Below are positions 52,400 through 64,000 of a stretch of DNA of 64,000 nucleotides, piece after piece. The position numbers and the translations under genes were made by a program. The notes beneath the pieces were generated by a model. The model was not told the DNA's origin. It worked only from the letters and a program-made list of their open reading frames with translations, and did no database searches. Position 1 is the stretch's first letter. The number at the start of each line of letters is the position of its first letter. The stretch is from Raillietiella orientalis. Its lineage: Eukaryota. The DNA lies in contig JAYWIR010000065.1 in NCBI GenBank assembly GCA_036172245.1, positions 372,001 through 436,000 on the forward strand, in the 5' to 3' direction.

Positions 52400-53800
52400 C
52401 CCAAGAGAGAAGCAGCCCAGGTTTTTCTTTGAGCTGAAGTCATCGGTTTCTAGTGGACTCAAGATGCCCACAAGCCAAACGTGTGATGAACGCAGGTTGC
52501 CGTGGAACCGGCAAGAAAGGCACCAGTTAGCTGTGATGTGTCTTCAGGAAATCTTACGGCCCTTTCCTTGAATTTTCCCAGCATGTATTGCGTAGTGCGT
52601 GATGTTGGCCCATCCAAAAGACTCCACTTTGAACTTTCGGTATCGCAGACGCGCGCAATTAGATGGAAAGATTTTCGACCCCCTCTGCACGAGAGCTTCG
52701 GCATGTATCTGTAAAATTGTGATTCTGATTGGCAAGCTGCGATCAGATTGAACCGTAATTTGGGTGCATCTGTTTTGCAGCACTCTTTCCTTATCGTTTC
52801 ACCCACAGTATGGCCGTTCCCAGGAAAAAATCCAAGCCTGCTTCAAGAAGTGCATTTGAAAGCAACCCTGGACTGTTCCGAAAAACAAGAAAGGCATAAA
52901 ATGCAAAACAAACAGTTGACGAAAACACTTTAAACTGATGGTTTCTTCCCCCGGTTTTACTTCGGACGCTGGAAAATCATGAAGAGTCGACCACAGCAGA
53001 CGGAAGCTGCGGTCCGCCGTCCCTGTACATAGAACTACTGGATCGAAAGCTTCAAAGCAAAAGCAAGGAATCCAGAGTTTCATCGCTCCAATGCTCAAGG
53101 AGGGAGCATCAAACGAATATTTTGCCAAGGTGGCTCGAAATATCAGATCAGGATTTCCCTGTGAAGAGTGATTACGTCTTCGTTCGGAAGCTGAGCCATC
53201 TCAAGCTTTCCTAACAATCTCTGAGAGATCTTCCTCCCCCTTCTTCAAGGCAAGAGCGAAGAAAGCTGCCTTTTTGGATAAGTGCCGTCTACTTCGAAGG
53301 TAAAAATGACAGGTTTCGTCCTGGAAAATGAAACAGAAGATCTTCTTCATCCGAGTCAAGGATCTCATGACAGAAAAACACGTTGAAACCAGATGCCGGT
53401 TGAGATTTACGAACTGTGAGCTGTGTGGCTCTTAATTTGGTTTCCTGAGAACCGCCTCACAGCTAGTTTTAACGGTAAGAAACCTCGCCTAGGGGTCTTT
53501 TTCCATGATCTGCAGATACAGATAGAGAGCTTTGTGTATATCAGGAAGGAAGGAAAGGAAACAGAGCTGTATAAGTACCGAATCCGTGAGTTGTCGTTCA
53601 CGAAAAGCTTGCCGAAAGGAAGGACGAACGTCCATATCAACTGATTCAGCATCCACACATTCAAGAAGCCATTCTGTAGGACAGTCGAATTGAGGTCCAA
53701 GGCATTGCAGAGGAGTAGATGGCAAGACAGTGAGGACGGCTATGAGGCTGAGTATGCCTGAGCTTTGAAAACAAATGAACCCATAAATCAGTAAGAACAT
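52400..53800 (-). pseudogene. Decayed NACHT-like gene remnant
   Basis: FICFQSSGILSLIAVLTVLPSTPLQ...LLECVDAE (Walker-B-like region), and downstream SESQFYRY and LTGAFL segments resembling post-NACHT helices. Confidence 0.3.
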
Positions 53801-55754
53801 TCCAACCTGTGAAACATACTTGAAACTAAGATGAGAAGATTCTTAGAAATAAATTTTAAAAGATTAGTTCGAATGCATGAAAAATAGGAAATCATAAAGT
53901 CGGATCACCAAAACTTGTAAACGACGTCTCAACAGTCATGAAGAGGCCACCTGAGCAGTGAAGAACTGAGATTCCACAACAAAGATGGAAAGATGGGCTT
54001 CGGTGGGCAAAACAAACACAGTCCAGTGAGGGACTTCTTCCTTCGACTTGGAACATTCCAAGTCGGAGGAAAGCATCAGAAGGGATTCGGAAGCGAGGAA
54101 GGTCGATGCGTTTTCAGGAATTCAATCCCAGATGCAGCGAGGGAGATTTGCTGTCGGCATAAGTAACACGGCGAGAGCACATCGAAGACGGAGCTCCAGG
54201 GGGAAGAACACGGAATGGAAACCAAAATTTGAACGTCGACTGAAATCGCTGCCATCCGTTCAGGAGTTCGTCAAAGAGGAAAAGACAATTTGCAGGAGTC
54301 CAGATTTAAAATCGAGAAGCTGAAGGGTTGGAGGCGCGTGAGAAGGTTGCGAATCCTGCAGTGGCTCTGCAGTTCCTGTTTCAGGCAGGGTAAAAATCGA
54401 AATTTCTTAGCTGCATTGATTTCCAGGAATGGAAAGGATTCCTTTGACGAGTGAATCAAAAACCCCTTTACCAAAAAAGACTTCAGAAGCAGGAGTCACA
54501 AACAGGATGGCGAAGAGAGGGAGACAGTTCTGATGGAGGGACAAGACCTTCTTGTTGGAAAAGATAAGAGCTCTGAGAATAATCAACAAACACTGATGCT
54601 GAAAGTACATCAATGGCTCCCATTTAAGGGAATGAGGACAAGTTGAGCAATTGAGATGGCGAAATCCTGGAAGACTGAGCAAAGACTAATGGAAACTTCA
54701 GATTTTGTTTCATACTAGAAAAGGCATGTGAGATCCTATGGATTCTATAGAACAGGCTAATATATAAACACGCTCAATCCAAATAACTGCGCCACGTAAT
54801 GAACGAATTGTTTTTTCCACTCATCAGTTGAGATCGTAGATGATTAGTCAGCATCGTCGTAGATCAAGAACATTGAAAGAACTTTTCAAAAAAGTTTCCA
54901 GCCTCTCTCAACTATATAGTCTAGAGCTCCCCACCCAATCAACTGGGGGAGAGTCAACAAGGATACGATAGAATTTGACCCAATTTGGACAATCTGACCT
55001 TATTTAGTATGTATTTTGCACATCAACTCATCAGACGGAAGAACTAAATTTAGCGTTAGAATTGTCAATACCCGCACATAGAGAGACGGAATATAAGAGA
55101 CGCAGCCACTGAGTTTATACATTTCTTCATCTCGTGAGCTTCTTTCAAGCCCAAATAAATACGAAACTTATAAACGTGAAAGTTCTTGATGCCCTTGTGA
55201 GACAAAATCTCTAATGTTTCAAACAAATGTCATCCAAAAACAATCGAATGATCATTAACTTCCTCTATTACAATGACGCTTGGATATCTTCAAATGCAGA
55301 TCTCTGACTTCATAACCATTGACCGAGAAAGACGTGACCATGGACTTCCCACCAAATTCGGAATTCCTCCATCCTCGAGGAGAATTGAATGAATTTGATA
55401 TCTTCGTGTACTCTACGTCCGTCTTAATTAGCACGTTAAAATCATTGAAAACAGTTGTATACATGTATAATAGTGCTGATATTAAAAATATTCAACAACC
55501 GACGGGCGTCCGCAGGATTTTTTGCAAGGGGCGCAAAATTTTCCGACAAGAGAAAAAACAGCTTATTACACTTTCCGTTGTGCAAGAGCAGGAAAAAAGA
55601 TAGCTTAGTAGCTTACTTATTTTTTTATAGTTATTTACATACATACACCATAATATGATATTGTACTCGAACAGCTTCCAAACCACACTTTGGTTATGGC
55701 ATGGCGCAGCGGGAACACTCGATGGTCGCTTGCCTGATGGCGCCCTTACCTCAA

Positions 55755-57670
55755 TCAGAATGCAACGTGCAGAACTGCTTCAAAGTCTTTTGCAGAGTTT
55801 CCCGTTAAATTAACGGTCATTAAGTGACTTGTTAGCACACAATTTCTTTTAATACCAGTGATATTATTCATTATGCTGATACCTCTTTCAGCTTCGGCGG
55901 AATTAACAGCAGTAGCATTCAGAGTTCTTTTGGCTCTCAAACCACGGTGTAGAATCTTCTTGCACTCCACATCCCTGCTATCAGCGAAATCCCGAAACTC
56001 TTCCGTTGAAACGTAGTGCTTTGTAATTCTGCTCAGCTGCCGATTTTCTCCTTCGATCCATGGTGCTTCACAAACATCACCCGACCAAGTTTCAGGACTT
56101 ACCAAATTAAAGGAATTCAAAAGAGCATTGCATTTTTAATTTTTTATCGTCGAACAGCACAAGCATTTTTATGTGTTTTCGACGAATTCGTCTGCCAGCT
56201 CTAATGGCTGAAATATATGTTTCCTGCAAGGCCGTGGAAAGTATGGAAATTCCTTCTAGGATGCCATTCGTCAAGGCTGAGTCCCTCGAAAAGTTTTCGT
56301 TTTCAAAACATGAAATTTCTCCCACTTCGCGATTTTGATTAAACTGAATATCCAAAGCCCGGTGTGATTTCCAAACTGCTCTTGCGGCCCCCGCACCGCA
56401 GGCTGCTGCCCAACGGGCCCCAAACATTCTTCCGATTTCCAAAACTTCAATTCCGAATTCCGTGGGAATTTCTAATTTAGTTCCCTCTGATGTTCATTTG
56501 ACGTGTGATATAATAAGCACACAATTTGTTGCGAAGATGTCTAAATCGGTTTACTTCTTTTGCATCTTTGCATTGCGTCATCCACACACAACTGGATGGG
56601 ATGGGATGGAGAGTGCCCAAAGGCAAACACCTGGAAATTCCTCTTCAGGTTTTGCCGAAACTCCGCAACTTTTCCCCTCGCATCCCTCTGGAGCCGTCTG
56701 CGCAAAATCCGATGAGATTTCCGTGCAAACGGTTTTCGCCAAAGCCAACGTTTTAGAGAGAACCGGGATGGAAGCCTTGGAAACGATTCCTGGCGCTGTC
56801 TCCTCTAATTCAACAAGATCAATGAGAACTGTAACACTGTTTTCAAAATCCAAAATTTCGTCTTTCAAATAAGCGATTCAAACGCTTCTGTGGGGAACAG
56901 ATGAGGCCCCGTCGATACTAGTTGAAATTTTGCAGCCTTCATTTATCAATTTTCCAAAAATCTCTTTTCTCATTTCTGCTGAGATGTGGAGTCATAAATC
57001 TTGAATGTAATGAAACTCCCAAAGCTACATTATTCGTTTTTTGTAAAGTTGTCATATTTTTAAAATCACTCAGTGGTCTGTTACTTTTAATTATGGAGTC
57101 AATAGCATTAAAAGCATGTACACCGTACTGTTTAAATACTTTTCATTAGCTAAATCAATTGTTTTTCCAATAGCATTTTGCTCCGCCGTTTTGATTCTGC
57201 ATCCCCTGCTTTCTTGGGTGATGCTGAATCGTCATTTTCTTTCAGTTTTTTTCTGATTAATGATTGCAAATTTTTGTTTGTTTGACCCGTGGGCTTTCAC
57301 CGAACATCATGTCCACTCTGCAGAAATGTGTTCAGCACCTTCAACATTTCACGATGAGCCACTTTTGAGCACCATCGACATCCCACATGTCCACCATTGG
57401 GGATGAGAAGCCACTCGTGTTTGGTTTTTGGAACCCCATTTAGTTGCTCTTTCCCAGTCCAAAAGTGTAAAAAACTCTCCTTCCCAACTGATTTTTGTGC
57501 AGCATCCCAAAGTGTCCCAGATCTTCTCGAGTTTAGAAGTGTCGCCACTCTTTCTCGATTCTTCTCTCCCTCCTTCAGACTCCTACAGATTTCAGGCTGC
57601 TGTTCACCATGGTTATTGCTTACTTTCCAAACGCTAAAAAAATTGTCCAGGAGGCACCGTCTCTTCATCC
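55755..57670 (-). pseudogene. Decayed hAT-superfamily transposase (KIAA1586/ZNF862-like)
   Basis: Ordered motifs HEWL..GCRWCSKV (zinc finger), ISTSIDGASSV..IAYLK, LIDLVELE, LIGFCADG, GRMFGARWAA, AVNSAEAERGISIMN (hAT C-terminal dimerisation motif); frameshifts and stops. Confidence 0.85.
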
Positions 57671-58048
57671 TGATGGTAACAATAAATTAATTAATACAGT
57701 TTAGAAATTAATTCTTATTAAAGTTCATTTTAGAATAGTGTACTTACACGAAAGATGAACGCATTCGTATCCAAATGCATTAAGAGAAGGTACCCTTATC
57801 TTTCAAGATACAAAACAACAGGACAAATTGCATGTTAATGGTTACGGCGAAGACCTAGTTTAGGGTCGCAACCGAGCGTTGTAGGGGAGGTTGTAACCCC
57901 CACTCACTCCACGACTAATGATAAATGTTATGTTAAAAACAAAGACTAGTAGAGTGTTTGTGAATAAACAAATCTATGGATATGCTTCTGTTTTACTCCA
58001 TTTTTATTTATTGGCTTATTAAACTAATGTCATCATGATGCAGTTAAA

Positions 58049-58094
58049 TGGCGCCCTTGACAACCGGTACGGACTTACCGGTGCGTACCAGCTG
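58049..58094 (-). mobile_element. Candidate 5' terminus of the hAT element
   Basis: Reverse complement reads cagctggtacgcaccggtaagtccgtaccgg, a CAG-starting GC-rich end at a composition boundary upstream of the transposase; partner end not found. Confidence 0.35.
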
Positions 58095-61000
58095 AAGGTC
58101 AGCAATGAGTATATGAAATATTTTGTGTGCGTATACCTTCGAAGAAAACTGACAAACCTCTGCGCAAATATGCAAAGGCATCAAAAGAAAAAAAAAGAAA
58201 AAAAGCACATACACTTAACGCTGATGTCACTAGTAAATTTTAAAATCTCCTTTTCTCCATCAGCGTTGCTATCTAGCTTACTGTTGAATTTTCGAGATGA
58301 TAATTCATGATACTTCAAAAGATAGTAGATGAATGCCTAAAAGTGTTTTTATGGAAATTAAGGGAAATGACAAACCAGATGGAACACTATCAAGCAAAAT
58401 CAAAACTGCTACTGCGAATTTGTTCGGAAGAAAAAGACATCTGAGCAGGGAATAGATAACTTATCGTTTCTGAAAATTCCTTACATCTTTGTAGCATCGA
58501 CTGCAAAACTGCCTTATCGTCGTTGGCAGCGTTATATTCACGGCAGCATATCAAAAGGAGTATGGAAATGCACCATTCTTCAGCATCCACCTCCTTTAAA
58601 ACCATGCTGACCTACACTGTGGAACTTCCCACGTCCTTGAAAAGTCCTTGGAAGAAGCGATAGATTGTTTGACTATTAACGAGAGTTCCTCAGTCACGTG
58701 TACCAACTACAGTACTTTCGAAATCGCCAAAGAGCAATCTTATCTAAAGATCCAAGCCTTATCTTAGATCCAAGATCCAAGACTTTTGGAATCCAAAGTA
58801 GATTTTAAACATCAAAATCTGCATGATCGCCATAATACAGAGACATCTCGAGAGAGAGAGAAATCAAGCTCCGTCAGGCTAGAGGACAATTTTTGTCCTT
58901 CCAGTCTGGAAGCTCGAAAAATGGGAAAAGGACAAAACTTTTACACTGAAATGGTGAGATGCTCCTTAAGCGGTTGAAGATGTTTTTGGAATTTTCCGGG
59001 AAAAAACGTTCGCAGAGCTTCCCGTCCATTCTGGATTTTCCTTTTTTCAAAAGGACCCGGCAGAAGATTTCGAATGCATTCGAAAACTGCACCGTGATCT
59101 CTCAATCGCATCTCGTTGAGAACGATGATAACGTGTAAGCGGATTATTCCCCAATGTACTTGAAATAAAGGAGCCGGTAAAGGAGCAAACTGGGACCGAC
59201 TCTCCTGCCTTATCAAGGAGCGGATTTGGGAAGGCATGAGTATGTACATCAAAGTACGCTTCACTAACTATATTACAATAGTTTCAGGCAAGGCTCCCCG
59301 GCAGTTTCCGATCTGATGTGAAGACACGAATTTCCAAGCATGTGACCTTAGTCAGCTGAGTGATGCATTAAAAACACAGGATGATACGGAATTCTCGGAA
59401 TCATGAGATCGAAATCGGTTGCACCCCATACCACTCCAAAGCAGCAGTTTTGCACGGAATCCTCCAAGTTCGTTTAACAGTATTATTAAGGCAAGTTAGC
59501 AACGAAAAGGAAATTTGGAAAGTTTCGAGTTCTTTCCATTAAACTTTATACTGTTCGGAATCCGAGTTGTAAGAAAATCGCATCTTTCCATGAAAAATTC
59601 GATCCCGTATTCCAAAAAGTCATTTCCTGAAGACAAAACGAGACGAAAGTGTTCGACATCCAGTCATGGTGACCGTGCATGGTGTCTGTCTTTCTATCTT
59701 CTCATTTGGAACTGCCTACCCCACGATGTGTTAAGATATTTGTGAATGGAGATGATGGGCTGGCGGCTAGAGGAACAATAGTGTACACACACTTCATCGA
59801 TAGGTTTTGCAGTGTAGTAGACAAAAGTCACGGATGTGACAAATCGGTAAGGAGTGACGTGGTGTTCTCTTGGAGAAGAGCGCTCTTTCCTGCAAAGACA
59901 GCCTGCTATTCAAATGAAACCTTTTTAAATGAAGGCGTCTATAACACTTTCGGTCACGCCGTCATCTTCTGATTTCCAAGAGTGCGCCGTGAAATGCACC
60001 CCCGACAGCCATCCTCTCGTGCAATCGTTCCTTTATATCCTATTCAAACGAACTTCTTCTAGCAGTCCCTCAATATCCCAACAGGAACCCTCCGTTTTGT
60101 TCCGTCGATCCTCGGATAGACTCCTTACATAGAGCTGTTCAGTGCACTCCCCCATTAGGATGAAGTTTATGCTTCTACAAGAAGGGTAAGCCCAAGACGG
60201 AAATCAGGTTCATGGGATTCTCCAGCAATTCCCCCATTTCCGAAAATCAAAACTGCGCTCACGTAAGTTTTCCACTGATATTCCTTGAAGATGCTCAGCG
60301 CAGAGGAAAACCGATAAGGGCTTCTTGGAAAAAGGAGTCGGAGGTTCTCAAATGCATTGAGAGATGCAGCAACTAATTTCTTCTTCATTTTGAGAGTTCG
60401 CTTCCTTCAACTTGTTGCTCATGATGGCCGCCTGCTTTATGAGCTGTCTACTATAATCCCTCCTCACCATCTATGGAAAAGAGAAAAGGTGAAAATGGAA
60501 GCCTCGAAATTGCCTTTCACCGTAGTTTTTTGGAGAAATCTCGAGAAGAAAATTGCAGTCAGCAAATGTAGAACATCTGTAAGACAAATCCGAAAATTCA
60601 AACAAAGGTGGAAATGAATTACCATAGATCAGTTTGCCTCATTACCAGTTTTTGATAATAGAACCGCCAACTTTGTCAAAACCAATATTTCGATACGGAC
60701 GTTCTCGGTAATAAACAAACATCCGCATAATTGACGGCTGTTGGGGGCAATGAGCGTGAAGATAAGTCAAGCAGCAGAAACGAGTTGCAGAGACCCGGAA
60801 ACGCTGAAGAACACGCTCTTGTAACAACCAAGAGTAAGATTCTGGTCTCCAATCCCAGAACCATAAGTGACCATAATCGACTCTTAATCCGTTCCGCTCA
60901 CACTTATGATTCTGTTCTAATATTCAGATATATCCAAATGTATCCCCAACCAGCCATTTCGTGATTGAAACGATCTGGGTGCAATCCATTTGCTGCAGCG

Positions 61001-63650
61001 AACGATGTAACATGCCTACTCCCCCATTAATGCCACCTACTTAGAATTCCCACATCCCACATTAGCAGATTCCTGCCTTTTTAATTTTCTAATTTCTTCC
61101 ATACGTTAACTGAGAATGTATCCTATTAGCATATATATTACCCTCGACATCTCGGGCTACAAGCAGGTGTGCTTACTTGAGTTTACCGAGGCAGCGTTCC
61201 TAAATAGGAAGCAAATCCTCAAAAATGGGGCTATTGAAACCATTAATGCGAGTGTAAGGAACTTGGCATTCCATGTAATTTATATACCAGGATTGTAACT
61301 GTAAATGTAAGGGATGGCTCTGGTAGAGATCAGAAGCGCAACTGCCATCAACCCAGGAAAAGAATTCAAGACAAATCACGTCAGGATCTTCACTAACAGA
61401 TGTGAGAATCACAAGATGGAAACTCTCGCATCACACTGCAGAATGCGGAACACAAAAGACCCGGGCGAAAGAATCCAATGATTTCAAATGATGTTTTTTT
61501 TTTTCTCTCCATGTTTTCCGATTCGTACGACCGAGGAAAGAAAATAAAGGATCGACCGATAGAGGAGAAATTAAAAATTTCTGCTCCCTTTTGAATAGAA
61601 TGGGCGTCTGTGTGCATGTGTGTTGTCTGTTGCCTATTTCTGTGATGGGGCGAATGCATGATATGCATGGATGCTGCTTATTTGTGAAGAGTTATGACTA
61701 GACGAATCCTACTTACAGCTGAGGCAGAAATGAAATTTATGAATCAAGCGGAAATTCCGACTGGAAAATGAACTAATTCTTGAAAAGATGGAAACATATG
61801 GATGCTGCCCTGAAAAACGATCGCAGATGAATTTTTTTATAGTGGACGAGTAGACGCGTGGCAGATATATCTCAAAGTGGATGTTTCCAGAAGAAGAAGC
61901 GCTGTGGAAAAAATTGGCTTTGCTTTCGTGATTCTTGCAGTAAAATTCACGGTTCTGCCCAAAATTTCTTAAATGAATAAAAACCTATTTTCGAAAGCGA
62001 TTCTCCCTGGCAACTTACGAGAGGGACTTCTTCCTTTCAGATCTCGAGCATCAAACAAACGGGAATAGACTTGCTAGCAGCAAGTAGGATGGTTTGCTCT
62101 CCATCTGGAACAGCTCTTTCTTACTCTTTACTGCCGCGGCTCGAGGTGCATCTCCAATGTCCACTTCAATGTCCATTTTCACTCGAAGGTCTGAAAACAC
62201 GGATTCGAAGGCACACAAGAACAAACTCTACGGACCGAACAGTCCATCGGCATTATCAAACTATCAGCAAAGGCAAATTTCAACACTGTGCACTTTGTGG
62301 GGGCTGAGGCTTAAACAGTACTGAGACGTGTGTTCGATTTTCTGGATGAGATGAAAAATTTTCACGGGAAGGGAAGCGCACAAGGAGAGCCACGTGTGGC
62401 GTGTAGAAAATTTGCTGACGCAGTTCGATGACGATGCAGCTTGACGAGTTTAGGGATTTCCAAAGACTGGGAAAAGCGATGGAGATGTTTTCTTCTCCAT
62501 CCATTGAGACATTCACGGAGAAGCTCTTCAGTGTTTCGGTGGAAGGAGGGAGCATTAGATACGGACGGAGTAGCCACCCGATGGTTTGAACTGCAGGATA
62601 AGACCGCTCGTGTGTGCCCTTACCGGGCAAAGAATCTTCTGGACAGAATACCTGCATGAGTGTCACTTACCTCTATTTTTTTAACACACCAGCTGTTAAA
62701 GCATGAGTTGTTTGTGAGAAGGCGATAGCAAAGGCACCTTCCGTCATCCGAAAGCCGGCATCTGTAGGTCCCTTGACTGCAGCCTCCTCGTTTGCAAAAT
62801 TTCGGCACCGGCAGCCTTTTCCGATCTTCGAACCGACTCCAGGTAAATTAGTGGGAAGCTTACCCGGCTCTCGGGGTTGCTGGAAATGAAGGAAGATTCA
62901 AAGTTGATCCGAAACCCGAGCAGAGTCCTTTTACTACGCAGAGGATTGAGTTTTGAGTTTCACGTTAAGCAGCGCGGATCATGAAATGAAACGGTCAACT
63001 TGCTGCGTTAGTCTGGACCAGAAGAAAGATTCTAGCTGAGTAACAACTGGGATGGCAGCGAACAACGAAATTCCGCACAATCAGCGTGTGATAGACAGAA
63101 GAGAAATTACAACAGCAAAAGTTTGAACAGGGAGCAGTAGAAACAAGGAGCAGATTCTCATAATCTTCTTTGATGAAACATTCCTCGAGACAGAAACCCC
63201 TTGAGAATAGATGAGCTCAAACTGTCTTGTTCAGTCTGAAGTGGCTGATAAACCCAGGAATACAGCGAAATAGCCAACTTCCATGCATGGGGATTTGCCG
63301 AACACTGAAGTCATTCAACGGAGTCTCAACTCAGAGGAAGTAGCTGCAACCGGAAGTCGGGCATTTCAGAACAACAGTCAGCTCTCACGGAGGAGGAAAA
63401 ATTCAGTTGCTGTGATAGAGGGAAAAAAAGAAAGCATACATTCCTTCAGGATCGCAAAGAATCAATGACCAGTCTTTCCTATCTCCATTATGGAGAAATG
63501 TTTGGAACTAGCTATTAGAAGTGACATAGCATTGATCTAACATTCGAAGAATCAACAAAGAATTTTTTAGCATCGTATTTGGATTGCCATTTTACTAGTT
63601 TGCTCCTCATAGCCTCAGGCTATTGTGAGAGCTCATTTGCATCAGTATGC

Positions 63651-64000
63651 TTAGCCCGCGTCGGAGACCGTGTGGTTACGGTGGTCTCCGAGCGTGGCAC
63701 CACCATGCGTCGCGGGTTGGAATACTCCGACTGAATCGACTCAGTGCGTCGTGAGTTCGACTTTCTCCCGCGAGATGACGCTGGCTGGCCTGCATTCATC
63801 CGGGTGCAGCACTGGTAGCGGTTGGAACCGGATGCCCCAGATGAGGGCCGGGACAAATGGGAGGCCACCTCCCCGGTTCTTCCAAGAATCAAGTAGTGGG
63901 AGATCCCCTCGGTTGTGAAGGAGCGGACCTTCCATTACGGGGGGGTGCTCAGCGTCGTACTGATGGAGTAGGTGTGTCTCCACCATCTCTCCAGAGAGTT
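63651..64000 (+). mobile_element. SINE-like family, copy 5 (runs off the window end)
   Basis: ttagcccgcgtcggagaccgtgtggttacgg head, gtgagttcgac, then body matching the other copies. Confidence 0.85.

Noticed and set aside
58744..58800. Short atccaag iterations
   Set aside because: Too short and irregular to interpret beyond slippage
61116..61298. Ankyrin-like EAAFLN...LKNGA...INA
   Set aside because: Single weak partial match lacking the TPLH-type core

Overview
This is repeat-rich eukaryotic nuclear DNA, probably from an invertebrate or arthropod (inferred from a mitochondrial-type insertion, microsatellites and the element types). I found no intact host gene, and almost all ORF-track entries look spurious. 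Well-supported content: (1) a 5'-truncated L1/Tx1-type non-LTR retrotransposon (20925-23172, minus strand) with RT motifs, a C-terminal Cys/His finger and a 13-bp target-site duplication; (2) five copies of a ~0.8-kb tRNA-headed, A-tailed SINE-like repeat, one of them split by a nested 1.1-kb insert; (3) a 608-bp MITE with ~120-bp terminal inverted repeats; (4) a decayed KIAA1586/ZNF862-type hAT transposase; (5) an ~810-bp block whose two halves recur inverted on either side of it. More tentative, recognised by eye from decayed motifs: several HEPN(DZIP3-like)-NACHT remnants, LRR fragments, a Pelle/IRAK-like kinase exon, an APE-endonuclease remnant, a nad5-like NUMT and a short ankyrin fragment resembling Wolbachia-type proteins. 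The best candidate for an unusual system is the repeated HEPN-NACHT (NLR-like) architecture, but every copy here is broken and needs HMM confirmation.
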